Assembly (NCBI RefSeq): GCF_964204645.1
Contig: NC_134032.1
Location: 8,606,275-8,670,274, forward strand
Direction of reading: 5' to 3'
Length of the DNA: 64,000 nt
Source: Tubulanus polymorphus
Taxonomy: Eukaryota; Animalia; Nemertea
Shown one piece after another: positions 24,733 to 37,100 of this stretch. The notes under the pieces are model-generated. The model was not told the DNA's origin, did not search any database, and saw only the letters and a program-made list of their open reading frames with translations. The translations under genes and the position numbers were made by a program. Each line of letters starts with the position of its first letter. Position 1 is the first letter of the stretch.

Positions 24733-25647
24733 TCATACAGAAATATTCACGAATTTCAGTAAAAGATATATGTAGAAATTTACCGCATAGTTACAAACTT
24801 GTAAGTGAACAAATATGTCATATAGAACTTCCCTCTGTTCCGGTGGGATTGGTAACAATGAAGTAATGGCGGATGGGAGTAAGAATATAGCAAATGCGAG
24901 TGAAACTGTTACAAGCATTATTGTTGTACGTTTTGAATTTGTAGTTTTCCGATCTGACGAAACCATTTTTGAACCTCTGAATAGCTGAACTATTATAGCG
25001 GTATTTGATATCACAATGAAGGATAAAGGCAGTATATAACCGTAGATAACAGATACCACAAAGTATGTTATTTGGTCCAATAACTTATAGGAACATGCGA
25101 AAAACTGGTCGTTGAAATGTATCGACAATGCAGGTGTGAAATATATAACAAGTACATTCACTGAAGTGATTAACAGTATAGCAAATCTAGCGAATCCCGG
25201 TGTACATATCAGACGAGATGTGAACGGGAAAAGAACAACTGCCGCGCGTTCTAAAGATATCGCTACTATCAACCACGAACCATTGGCGGCTGCAAGCGCC
25301 ATTATAAATTCATAGATTTGACAACCGATCACTGAATTTATCACATATATTGGGCCAGCGTTGAGATGAAAGAGAGCGAACTGTAAAACAGGCAACAGCG
25401 CCAGGCTTTCACTGTATACAAAATCACAGACTGACAGAACGATCAGATAGTTAGCGTATGATAAACCGCGGAATCTACGACTTATCATTACCAGGAAAGT
25501 AGCTGAATTTCCAAACGCTCCAAACAGGAAGATGATGGGCAGAATGACCAGTGACACGGTACGGCGGATTCCAGACCTGTTCACCACTGACATGAGAACG
25601 ATGTAGCTGTTATACGTTTTGCCGATTTCTATCCGTGTAGAATTCAT
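24733..25647 (-). CDS. Intronless class-A GPCR (FMRFamide-receptor-like/Srw-type), C-terminally frameshifted copy
   Basis: Seven hydrophobic segments; motifs GN, YLIVLSVCD, SWLIVAISLER, NYAVNFYIY. A 7-nt deletion at ~24757 relative to the 41342 copy replaces helix 8. Confidence 0.85.
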   Translation of the reverse strand: MNSTRIEIGKTYNSYIVLMSVVNRSGIRRTVSLVILPIIFLFGAFGNSATFLVMISRRFRGLSYANYLIVLSVCDFVYSESLALLPVLQFALFHLNAGPIYVINSVIGCQIYEFIMALAAANGSWLIVAISLERAAVVLFPFTSRLICTPGFARFAILLITSVNVLVIYFTPALSIHFNDQFFACSYKLLDQITYFVVSVIYGYILPLSFIVISNTAIIVQLFRGSKMVSSDRKTTNSKRTTIMLVTVSLAFAIFLLPSAITSLLPIPPEQREVLYDIFVHLQVCNYAVNFYIYLLLKFVNISV

Positions 25648-25741
25648 GATTCATATGAACATCAAATGAGAATACATCGACTGTCCGAGAGAGACGGACT
25701 ATAGAAGGGCGCTCTGCTGGCTGTTTGAGTGTGTACGGACT

Positions 25742-25810
25742 GTCTGAGAATGACATTCTGAGATCGAGTGTGTTGACATTCTGAGAGTGTATTGACATTC
25801 TGAGAGTGAC
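25742..25810. repeat. Short imperfect tandem repeat with GACATTCTGAGA core, upstream of the GPCR (also ~42388-42455)
   Basis: Three to four repeated units visible. Confidence 0.7.
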
Positions 25811-26155
25811 TGTTTTAGAATGCGCTGCCTGTCCCGAGAATGTACTGTAGCTGTGTCCTGTCGGGTATCAGAAAATCAATTTAACATATGTATGAAGATA
25901 TCATTAAAGTCTTTATATTACAGCTACAGCTCATTTGTAAGATTTATTGCTGCGAATAGAATATCAGTCCTCAGAAATCTGACACTATTCACTCGGATTT
26001 AATGAAAGTTTAGTTGTATCTTATAAAAATGGAATATATTCGTGACAATAATCGTGACGATAAATTCGTGAATATTTCTGTACATTTCAACATCAACAGT
26101 TGCCAGTAACCAGTAACACAGTTTTGTGGAAACATTATGCCGCTTAATTCTGAGA

Positions 26156-26640
26156 TTAGAAACCTCACAATCGGCGACTTATTTTCTACTAGTACGGTTT
26201 TCGAGTTTTAACATGCAATCGACAATGAATCTGTACGTGGAATGTGACTTCGTTGACAATATACCTGATAAGTGAGCCAAGATGTTGTTCGATAGTTCGA
26301 GTTAGGAGATAAGGGGCTTAAGATTTTACCGAATCAGGCTGTGAGAATTAATCGCTGGAATTTCCCGTTTGTCGCCAAAAAATAGAGACGAATCACGGCA
26401 ACTTTTAAACAGACACAGACAATAACAGGAAACGAAACGATAAACCGATGATTATTAGAAAAAGACGGAAGACATTTGAATTCTTCTTTTTTACGGTGAT
26501 CATCGAAATTCCGAATCAATGTCATAGGAAATTCTAAGAATTTCCTTTGAATTATACCCACAGCTGTGGATCTGGGATCAGAGTTAACTGATATACCATA
26601 ATCGACGGACAATAAAGATTCCGTACATTATCTTGATAAT
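26156..26640 (-). promoter_or_regulatory. Remnant of the Ig-gene promoter/5'UTR/leader start (ATG changed to AAG), upstream of the GPCR
   Basis: Aligns to 59508-59930 and 39630-39970; leader truncated after SPIVRFL. Second copy at 42856-43340. Confidence 0.65.
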
Positions 26641-28021
26641 GGGATTTCATTCCACCTGGGTTTCTTATACTTTTGTATCGAAGTGGACCACACATTATCA
26701 AGTTTCACTTCTCTATCCTCGGAATCAATTAATTAACATGCGGTAAAGTTGAGGAAAATTTGATCTCAAATTGCAGTTACGCGGAACTATACAAGCAAAA
26801 CGTTGTAGACCCTCACTTGCGACATGTGGAATCCTTCATTGCCACGGCCCTAGTTGATGTCCTTTCCTGTACTTGAGTGACACCTGGTGGATACTCGTGG
26901 AATTCTTTGCCAACAGTTGGCTACTCATTTGCCAAAATTACGTATTCTAGTTGTTCTACTGCAAACTAGCGTAAATCTGTTGTTGTTAGGATTCAGGCTA
27001 GAATACTGCTCTAAAGAAACGATCGTAAGATGAACCGATAAATAGACAACACGATGGCATTTCGATACTTGAATATTACATGATCAATCGAATTAATCAA
27101 ACTTTATTTCATATATTTATTCACTTGGCTATGAATGAGCTATGGTACTCGAGCTAGTATTTGTTGTATTAAAATCTTACGGAAAAATTTAGCATTAAGA
27201 GTCTTAGTTTAAGATTTGTTCATAGATTAGATATTACGGCGTCTAGATAAATTGACAACACAATGATGATAATCAGGTGAGATAATATTGTTTATCTTTT
27301 TTAAATTGCCAGGATATTTTCTGTGTAGACCTTCTGATGTACCTTCCATCATAGAACTAGAATTGAACGGAACGCCGACTCCATGACGTCATTTTATGAA
27401 ATTGCGATTTTCAAAATTTCAGCACCCTCACCGTTAGCCATAAACAATAGATATTCGGTGATAATTCGATATATTTTTCGCGCGAGCAATGATGATACAA
27501 TTTAACCAAATGTTGAACAGTAAAGTTTGGACTAGTTAAAAATAGGTGCCTCTATAGATGAATATCGTTGACAATGAATTATAAAATATGAGCAGAATGA
27601 TATTCACGATTGATAATTTATTTGAGTTATATGTATATCGACTGTTGAATTGAATTGACCGGCGACCAGTCTAGTCCCGCGATATTGATGACGCAGAGCA
27701 CATCCACTCAAAACTTTATTGCTAACGGCGTGGGGCTGTAAAAAACACAAGATTCCATGATAATCCGGAAAGATAAGAATTTTTTAAGTTTTAGCGGGGC
27801 GTGGTAAATTCCTTTAAGGAGTCGGCATTCACATTCGCTTATATTTCTATGCTTCCATTCGTCATTATTGATTGGTGAAGTTAACCGTATTGTTTACTTC
27901 AGGAATGCTGGAAAAAAAATAAAACAGACACTTTTCATTCATCTTTTTTGAAACTATCGACGAAGAAAGCCGCCGGTAGTTACTCTCGGTGTTTAAAGGG
28001 TTAACCAACGTAGACACATAC

Positions 28022-31000
28022 CTGTCTCGTCTTCGAACGCGAGCGTATAGGTGCCGCGTACTTCCTGTACGGGTGTCATAGTCCTAGCGACGCACGTGTA
28101 GTCACCGCGTAGGTCTTCTTCCGTGATGTATTTCCACGAGTTGATATGCAGCGAGTTGTCGGCGTTGTCCTGCCAGATTTGATTCTCGATGTAGTCGATC
28201 GGGCTACCGTTGTACAACCATTCTATCTGCGGAATCGTCGCCGGATCAGACTCCGTTTTGCACGGAAGGATGACGGTATCTGTGAATTCGAACGTCATCA
28301 CCGAAGCGTTCTTGCCGACGCTCGGTTTCGGTTTTCGCATCACGAGCGGCACTGCGGAGACAAGAACGTTCAACTTTTTACCGAATAATTCTAAAGATGA
28401 TTATCATTAGTATTTTTCATAGGTTTGAACATCATAATCATCACCGGTCGACATCGAAAATAAACTGACTCATCGAAGTAACCAAAATGAGATTAAGTTG
28501 TCATCAATAGGCGCTAATCATATATTGATTCTAATGATACTTACGGACAACATTTATATATCCGTTAGCTATGATGCTACCATGGATATTTGAAGCCCGA
28601 CACTGGACGACTCTCATATCGGGAGTGTTCACGCTGCCATCCCCGCCGCGGATCAGGTGACGCAATACGTAAGTATTCGCGGTTACCGTCAATCTGTTAT
28701 CATTCTTCGTATCTGAACAAAAATCATTGGAATTTGTTGATTCAAATATGTTTTCTCGAACTGTCTTTGAATTTGACTCAAATCAGCTCATTTTCGATTA
28801 GCTGACTTGAATAACAATAGGGGCATTTTGTCCAGTGACTTGACTGAAGTTTTCCGGAATTATTGTCACTACCAAAATATCCGTTGAACTAGATTAACTG
28901 ACACACAGTCTTGACCCTTGAGTGAAAATCTCTTCATGTCAAATCTTTCAAATAGGCAGTCAAAATTTAAACCTACTAGATTTTTAAACTCTAGAGACGA
29001 AATTACTAACTAAATTCGCTTGGGTCAAATTTTGGTCGTCCCATAGACCCACAGGTGCCGGTAGTCCATTTTCGAGAGTTAAGTTAGAAGTGATGTAAAC
29101 GCCATTCTGCTTTTATAAGATATAAATCGACAAATTGGAATTGCCAAAACATCAATGAGTATAAAACGTCTTCTTTCAAGTTTTCGAGCCGTGTTTAAGT
29201 TTTGACCCTACACTAAAACCCCATTTAACGATTGTCTCTGCACTTACGGTCAACTGGGACGAGATTTTCGAGCCATTCAGTAGTCGGGGTCGGGTTACCG
29301 GTCGCTTCGCATTCGAATCTAGCCGTGTCACCGATGACGTAAGTAGAATCGACCGGTTTCTTGGTGAACTTCGGTAAAGCTTAAATCAAAATTGTCGGCA
29401 ATTAACAAGGATTTCATCGAGTTTTCCGGAAAATAGTATTATCTTTTTCTTTTACATGAAACTTTTATAGATGGAAACGATTTCTGAAACCGTAATTATC
29501 GGTTTTGATTCGCAGCAAAACAAAAAATAAAGTTTCTATCCGTGATGGAATTCTTCAATCTTAAAGTGGGATTTTCCTCATTATCCATTTGATTGGTAGA
29601 TTTGGTCTGATAACTTCTCATTTCGTGTCCCTCAACAAACCCACTACACCTGCCGGGAGCGAAACATTCTTTGCCAGAACCAAGTGCACATGGAACCAAG
29701 AAGAGGACAACTTTGAATATCGTGACTTCTCGGAGCTCCAAGAGGAAAATAAACAGCTCTTGAAATGGCAATTTAGATATCCTTGGAGTCATCCCTAGAT
29801 AATGTTATGGCTTCAGAAACCATGATTGGGATATTGTTGGAGCCACCCACTTAAGAGAGGTTTAAAAGGCATGATTGTGAGAGTGATGACTGAATTTTTG
29901 ATGATTTGGGCGTCTTCGTAGCCATCCTAATTTCCTTCAAAACTTCACATCAAATTCAAACTGTCATTGTGAAATATCTTTAAGCTTTGAATCATACATT
30001 TTTCATGTTGATTTAGATTATAAAACAAAACTTACTCATGATTTCGACGCGGGTTCTGGACGTTTTACTGCCCATCCAGTTCGACACCGTACACTCGTAC
30101 TCGCCGGCGTAACTCGGGGCAACATTTATCAAATACAAGTGAACGTTGCCGTTCGAATACGAATGATTCGTAGGCATCGGCTTGCCGTCGAGGCGACGCC
30201 ACGAAACGGTAGCGACCGGCCTGTAAAAAAATATGCAAGAATATATACACACCTTACCATCGCGCATCCTCGCTTTCCAGGGTTTGATTACCATCCGCTG
30301 ACGTTCACGCCAAAAACGCTGGCTGCAAACCATTCTTTGATCCATTACGCTGGCCAAGATATCTTTGGCGGACAGGTTGAATGACCGGACTACTAAACTG
30401 AATAGGTTTAAGCACTTACTTGGCGCTTGAAATACAATACAAATCGATCACATCGCGTTCTAACGCGCTTACAACCGGCGGTGGATTCGCAATCAACGCT
30501 GGAGGCTTGTTCGGCACGTTGGGATCTGCAATCGAAAAATATTGATATTTCGAAAGAAATCATTGAGCAAAGTATAAGCAAATTTGGGGGGGGGGGCTGG
30601 GGGTAGTCAACAAATGTCAAACAACGTTAACTTTTCGCAATTTTGAATTTCGGTCGGAACTTCCAATATTTCGAGGAAAAGAAACAAACTTTGAATTCGG
30701 GAAACATCGGAATCAAATACTCTATTCGAGATATTATCATATATTTAGAACAGAATATCGGTCAATATTGGTATGGGATAAACGAAATAAAATTTTCCAT
30801 TTTGACTTACTTGGTTTCACTTTGATGGAAATCGGACTGCCCTGTTTGATAGTACCCTGAGCGGCGTTATTGTACTGACAGACGTATGTCTCATCCGAGT
30901 CCGGTTTGGTCGCGTCGGATGGTAAAATGTGCGAGAAAAACAGGTTACCTACGAACGAAGAGTTTACGCACGCTTTTAGAAAACATGGCCACGTAGATAG

Positions 31001-32506
31001 ATCCTATCAGATCATCGTGAAGTTAAGCCTTCAGACATTTTCAGAAAATATGACTGCCAGTGACATCATTAAATTTACTAGGCATTTTCGAAAAAGATGA
31101 CTGCCTTAGAAATTTCCATATGACACCATAAAAATACACTTTGACACTGCCCCGGAAAAATGGTGACATTAATTCCAAATTCATGGAACAATCTATTCAT
31201 CCTGATATTAAATTTTTTAAGTTAGGTGTGAAAAATTACATATTTTCGAAATCCAATATGATACCGTATTTTATTTACACTGCTCTGATACGCAGTTATG
31301 GGTTTATAAATGAATGGTGTTACATGTATCATCTATCATTATGGTACCAACGTACAAATAGTAGACTCCGCTCTTCTCGGTACCGGTCGACAAGATAACC
31401 GGCTGCGTCGGTGAAATTCCATTCTGATCCCTGTCGTAAAATTCCTAGACCTACCGGTCTCTATGTCGGTATTCGGTTCCAAATAGAACCAAGTTAGGCG
31501 GAGTCTACTGTATATTGTTTCTGCAGATCGAACTATTTTTGAACTCTTACCGTTTGGACCGATCATAACCCTCGAATCGGTGGTGATTGCGCGTACGGTG
31601 CTGGCCTCGACCCTTCCGTACCCTTTGATGATCAGCCACGAGATGATGGCTCGCTTCGGGAACGAGTCCGGAGGGTTGCATTTCAATTCGGTGAACGAGC
31701 CTTCCTGCAAGAGCAACATCGGTTTCACCTTCAAATTCTCCGGGCTGAAGTCACCGGTATCTGAAGGAGAGCACAAAGTGGTCGTTTAAAATTTTCTGCA
31801 GCCCAGACCCAGAAATCGACATGGTTTATCAAAATGTTTATCAAGAAAAGAACAGGAAAAATTAAATGATCCAGTGATCAGTTGTCGTACGGCTGGGGCT
31901 GCTTAAGTTCGGAGATTCTTTTAAATCTAAGAGAACGTAGGGCTTAGTTCGCAAAAGGACTATTTATTCGATAGCCACCAACCGAAGAGTGAAAGGATAG
32001 GGAGAGATGAGAGGCGGAGGAAGTGAGTGTTAACATTTCATCATCGATCTGAATGGCGATTGTAGTTGTAAACTTACATTTCTCATTGACGACCACGTTG
32101 TTCGACGCCGCTTTCCCGAAATCGTTCTCGGCGTAGCACGCGTATTTAAAGTTCTCCGGCGGGGTCTTCGCCGACAACTCGTTGTTTCGACTCGGTCGCA
32201 CCTTCAACTGCGTGGAATCGCGAGTTCCGTCCGGTTGAATCGGGAATTCATAGAATCCTGGGATGTGAGTGACCAGAGAGAACTCGCTGTTACCGGAACT
32301 CATCATCCAGCGGATCCTAAAAGAAAGAACACGACCGTGCGGCCAACTATTGGAAACTCGGTTCAACTGTCGACCCGGCTGGCCAAAGGGTACCGGTACT
32401 TACAGCGGTTTCGGAATGCCGCTGGCTTTGCACGTCAACATGGCGCGTTCGCTCGACGTCACCAGGAAACTTTTTGACACCGAATCGATCGACGGTGGAA
32501 TCCGTA
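28022..32506 (-). CDS. Ig1-Ig5 ectodomain module A (intact; no leader of its own, no TM/tail)
   Basis: Exons 32506-32404, 32316-32078, 31760-31551, 30948-30811, 30525-30420, 30220-30036, 29379-29248, 28712-28545, 28351-28022; all AG/GT and in frame. Read-through of the last donor gives GMCLRWLTL* ending at 27993. Confidence 0.8.
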
Positions 32507-34172
32507 CTGAAAACACAAATGAATGACCAACAACTAGGTTTCGATTGAGCATATGAATTTTTTTAGGGGGGGGGCATCCTGTTTCAAGAAAAATGGCATC
32601 TTTTTACCGTGAAAAGGGAAACTTTCCCATTGAAAGTGTCACAGATCTTAGATATGAAGTACCCGGGAACCTGAATAAATCATCTGAGATTGAATTCATT
32701 TTTATTTTCCTAAAACAGGAAAATCGTATCTGAATTTTGAAAAATCGTGACCAAATATTTTTACACTAACACGAAAGGCAAAAAATAGATATAAATTATC
32801 TCATCGAGTAGATAATTCTTTTTTTTAAGGTTACGAAGTTCACAGATCACGAGTGTTAAAATCTTACGGAAAAATTTAGCATTAAGAGTCTTAGTTTAAG
32901 ATTTGTTCATAGATTAGATATTACGGCGTCTAGATAAATTGACAACACAATGATGATAATCAGGTGAGATAATATTGTTTATCTTTTTTAAATTGCCAGG
33001 ATATTTTCTGTGTAGACCTTCTGATGTACCTTCCATCATAGAACTAGAATTGAACGGAACGCCGACTCCATGACGTCATTTTATGACATTGCGATTTTCA
33101 AAATTTCAGCACCCTCACCGTTAGCCATAAACAATAGATATTCGGTGATAATTCGATATATTTTTCCCGCGAGCATTGATGATACAATTTAACCAAATGT
33201 TGAACAGTAAAGTTTGGACTAGTTAAAAATAGGTGCCTCTATAGATGAATATCGTTGACAATGAATTATAGAATATGAGCAGAATGATAGTTTATTTGAG
33301 TTATATGTATATCGACTGTTGAATTGAATTGACCGGCGACCAGTCTAGTCCCGCGATATTGACGACGCAGTGCACATCCACTCAAAACTTTATTGCTAAC
33401 GGCGTGGGGCTGTAAAAAACACAAGATTCCATGATAAGAAAAGAATTTTCTAAGTTTTAGCGGGGCTTGGTAAATTCCTTTAAGGAGTCGGCATTCACAT
33501 TCGCTTATATTTCTATGCTTCCATTCGTCATTATTGATTGGTGAAGTTAACCGTATTGTTTACTTCAGGAATGCTGGAAAAAAAATAAAACAGACACTTT
33601 TCATTCATCTCGCGGAAGCAACACGTCTTGTTCCGTTCAAGTCAAATACCGTGGATGAAGCGATGATCCACCAGGTGGAAACATTGCGCTGCATTAGGAC
33701 AACAAACGATGTCGGATTTCTTCTCAGATTCGATTCGTAAATAAATTTACCAAACGAATGAACCCAGAAGATCATTTTGAGCTAATCTCTTGCCGCTGAG
33801 AAGAGCCTTGCCTAATTTTGGTATAGGTAATTAAGAATCTAGATGAACGTAGAGAATGATTTATATATTGGATCGAGATGTCCTATTGCAATGCACGCCA
33901 TCTGGTGGGAATGCTTGTGCTACGGGGTCCTCTATCTGAGCATACCAGCAGCAACCCGCACCATATGACGTGACTAAAAGTTCACGTTAATTTTTAACTT
34001 TCTACCGGATTTTCAAATCCCCGAATCCAAATACTACGGCAATACGAGCGTGGTTATAAGATAACAGATTTGTTTTTCTGAAACTATCGACAAAGAAAGC
34101 CGCCGGTGGTCGAAGGGTATCACCTAATAGTTACTCTCGGTGTTTAAAGGGTTAACCAACGTAGACACATAC

Positions 34173-37100
34173 CTGTCTTGTCTTCGAACGCGAGCGTATA
34201 GGTGCAGCGTACTTCATGTACGGGTGTCATAGTCCTCGCGACGCACGTGTAGTCACCGCGTAGGTCTTCTTCCGTGATGTATTTCCACGAGTCGATATGC
34301 AGCGAGTTGTCGGTGTTGTCCTGCCAGATTTGATTCTCGGCGTAGTTGATCGGGCTACCGTTGTACAACCATTCGATCTGCGGAATCGTCGCTGGATCAG
34401 ACTCCGTTTTGCACGGCAGGATGACGGTATCTGTGAATTCGAACGTCATCACCGAAGCGTTCTTGCCGTCGCTCGGTTTCGGTTCTCGCATCACGAGCGG
34501 CACTGCGGAGACAAGAACGAAAAAGCCACGTTCAACTTTTTACCGAATAATTCTAACGATAATTAGATGATTATCATTAGTATTTTTCATAGGTTTGAAC
34601 ATCATAATCATCACCGGTCGACATCGAAAATAAACTGACTCATCGAAGTAACCAAAATGAGATTAAGTTGTCATCAATAGGCGCTAATCATATATTGATT
34701 CTAATGATACTTACGGACAACATTTATATATCCGTTAGCTATGATGCTACCATGAATATTTGAAGCCCGACACTGGACGACTCTCATATCGGGAGTGTTC
34801 ACGCTGCCATCCCCGCCGCGGATCAGGTGACGCAATATGTAAGTATTCGCGGTTACCGTCAATCTGTTATCATTCTTCGTATCTGAACAAAAATCATTGG
34901 AATTTGTTGATTCAAATATGTTTTCTCGAACTGTCTTTGAATTTGACTCAAATCAGCTCATTTTCGATTAGCTGACTTGAATAACAATAGGGGCATTTTG
35001 TCCAGTGACTTGACTGAAGTTTTTCGGAATTATTGTCACTACCAAAATATCCGTTGAACTAGATTAACTGACACACAGTCTTGACCCTTGAGTGAAAATC
35101 TCTTCATGTCAAATCTTTCAAATAGGCAGTCAAAATTTAAACCTACTAGATTTTTAAACTCTAGAGACGAAATTACTAACTAAATTCGCTTGGGTCAAAT
35201 TTTGGTCGTCCCATAGACCCACAGGTGCCGGTAGTCCATTTTCGAGAGTTAAGTTAGAAGTGATGTAAACGCCATTCTGCTTTTATAAGATACAAATCGA
35301 CAAATTGGAATTGCCAACACATCAATGAGTATAAAACGTCTTCTTTCAAGTTTTCGAGCCGTGTTTAAGTTTTGACCCCACACTAAAACCCCATTTAACG
35401 ATTGTCTCTGCACTTACGGTCAACTGGGACGAGATTTTCGAGCCATTCAGTAGTCGGGGTCGGGTTACCGGTCGCTTCGCATTCGAATCTAGCCGTGTCA
35501 CCGATGACGTAAGTAGAATCGACCGGTTTCTTGGTGAACTTCGGTAAAGCTTAAATCAAAATTGTCGGCAATTAACAAGGATTTCATCGAGTTTTCCGGA
35601 AAATAGTATTATCTTTTTCTCTTTTACATGAAACTTTTAGAGATGGAAACGATTTCTGAAACCGTAATTATCGGTTTTGATTCGCAGCAAAACAAAAAAT
35701 AAAGTTTCTATCAGTGATGGAATTCTTCAATCTTAAAGTGGGATTTTCCTCATTATCCATTTGATTGGTAGATTTGGTCTGATTACTTCTCATTTCGTGT
35801 CCCTCAACAAACCCACTACACCTGCCGGGAGCGAAACATTCTTTGCCAGAACCAAGTGCACATGGAACCAAGAAGAGGACAACTTTGAATATCGTGACTT
35901 CTCGGAGCTCCAACAGGAAAATAAACAGCTCTTGAAATGGCAATTTAGATATCCTTGGAGTCATCCCTAGATATTGTTATGGCTTCAGAAACCATGATTG
36001 GGATATTGTTGGAGCCACCCACTTAAGAGAGGTTTAAAAGGCATGATTGTGAGAGTGATGACTGAATTTTTGATGATTTGGGCGTCTTCGTAGCCATCCT
36101 AATTTCCTTCAAAACTTCACATCAAATTCAAACTGTCATTGTGAAATATCTTTAAGCTTTGAATCATACATTTTTCGTGTTGATTTAGATTATAAAACAA
36201 AACTTACTCACGATTTCGACGCGGGTTCTGGACGTTTTACTGCCCATCCAGTTCGACACCGTACACTCGTACTCGCCGGTGTAACTCGGTGCGACGTTTT
36301 TCAAATACAAGTGAACGTTGCCGTTCGAATACGAATGATTCGATGGCATCGGCTTGCCGTCGAGGCGACGCCACGAAACGGTAGCGACCGGCCTGTAAAA
36401 AAATATGCAAGAATATATACACACCTCACCACTGACGTTCACGCCAAAAACCCTGGCCGCAAACCATTCATTGATCCATTACGCTGGCCAAGATATCTTT
36501 GGCGGACAGGTTGAAACACCGGACTACTAAACTGAATAGGTTTAAGCATCTTACTTGGCGCTTGAAATACAATACAAATCGATCACATCGCGTTCTAACG
36601 CGCTTACAACCGGCGGTGGATTCGCAATCAACGCTGGAGGCTTGTTCAGCACGTTGGGATCTGCAATCGAAAAATATTGATACTTCGAAAGAAATCATTG
36701 AGCAAAGTATAAGCAAATTGGAGGGGGGGGGGGGGTAGTCAACAAATGTCAAACAACGTTAACTTTTCGCAATTTTGAATTTCGGTCGGAACTTCCAATA
36801 TTTCGAGGAAAAGAAACAAACTTTGAATTCGGGGAACATCGGAATCAAATACTCTATTCGAGATATTGTCATATATTTAGAACAGAATATCGGTCAATAT
36901 TGGTATGGAATAAACGAAATAAAATTTTCCATTTTGACTTACTTGGTTTCACTTTGATGGAAGTCGGACTGCCCTGTTTGATAACACCCTGAGCGGGGTT
37001 ATTGTACTGACAGACGTACGACTCATCCGGTTTGGTCGCGTCGGATGGTAAACTGTGCGAGAAAAACAGGTTTCCTACGAACGAAGAGTTTACGCACGCT

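Noticed and set aside
26640-27990. Hidden TM/tail exon for the - strand modules
   Set aside because: No hydrophobic exon or RRNRG/FIGQY-like sequence found by eye here or at 43340-44690; a very short or divergent terminal exon cannot be excluded.
29496-29798. Recurring short ORFs in module introns (also 35668-35970, 46180-46527)
   Set aside because: They recur only because the intron was recently duplicated; no recognisable domain.
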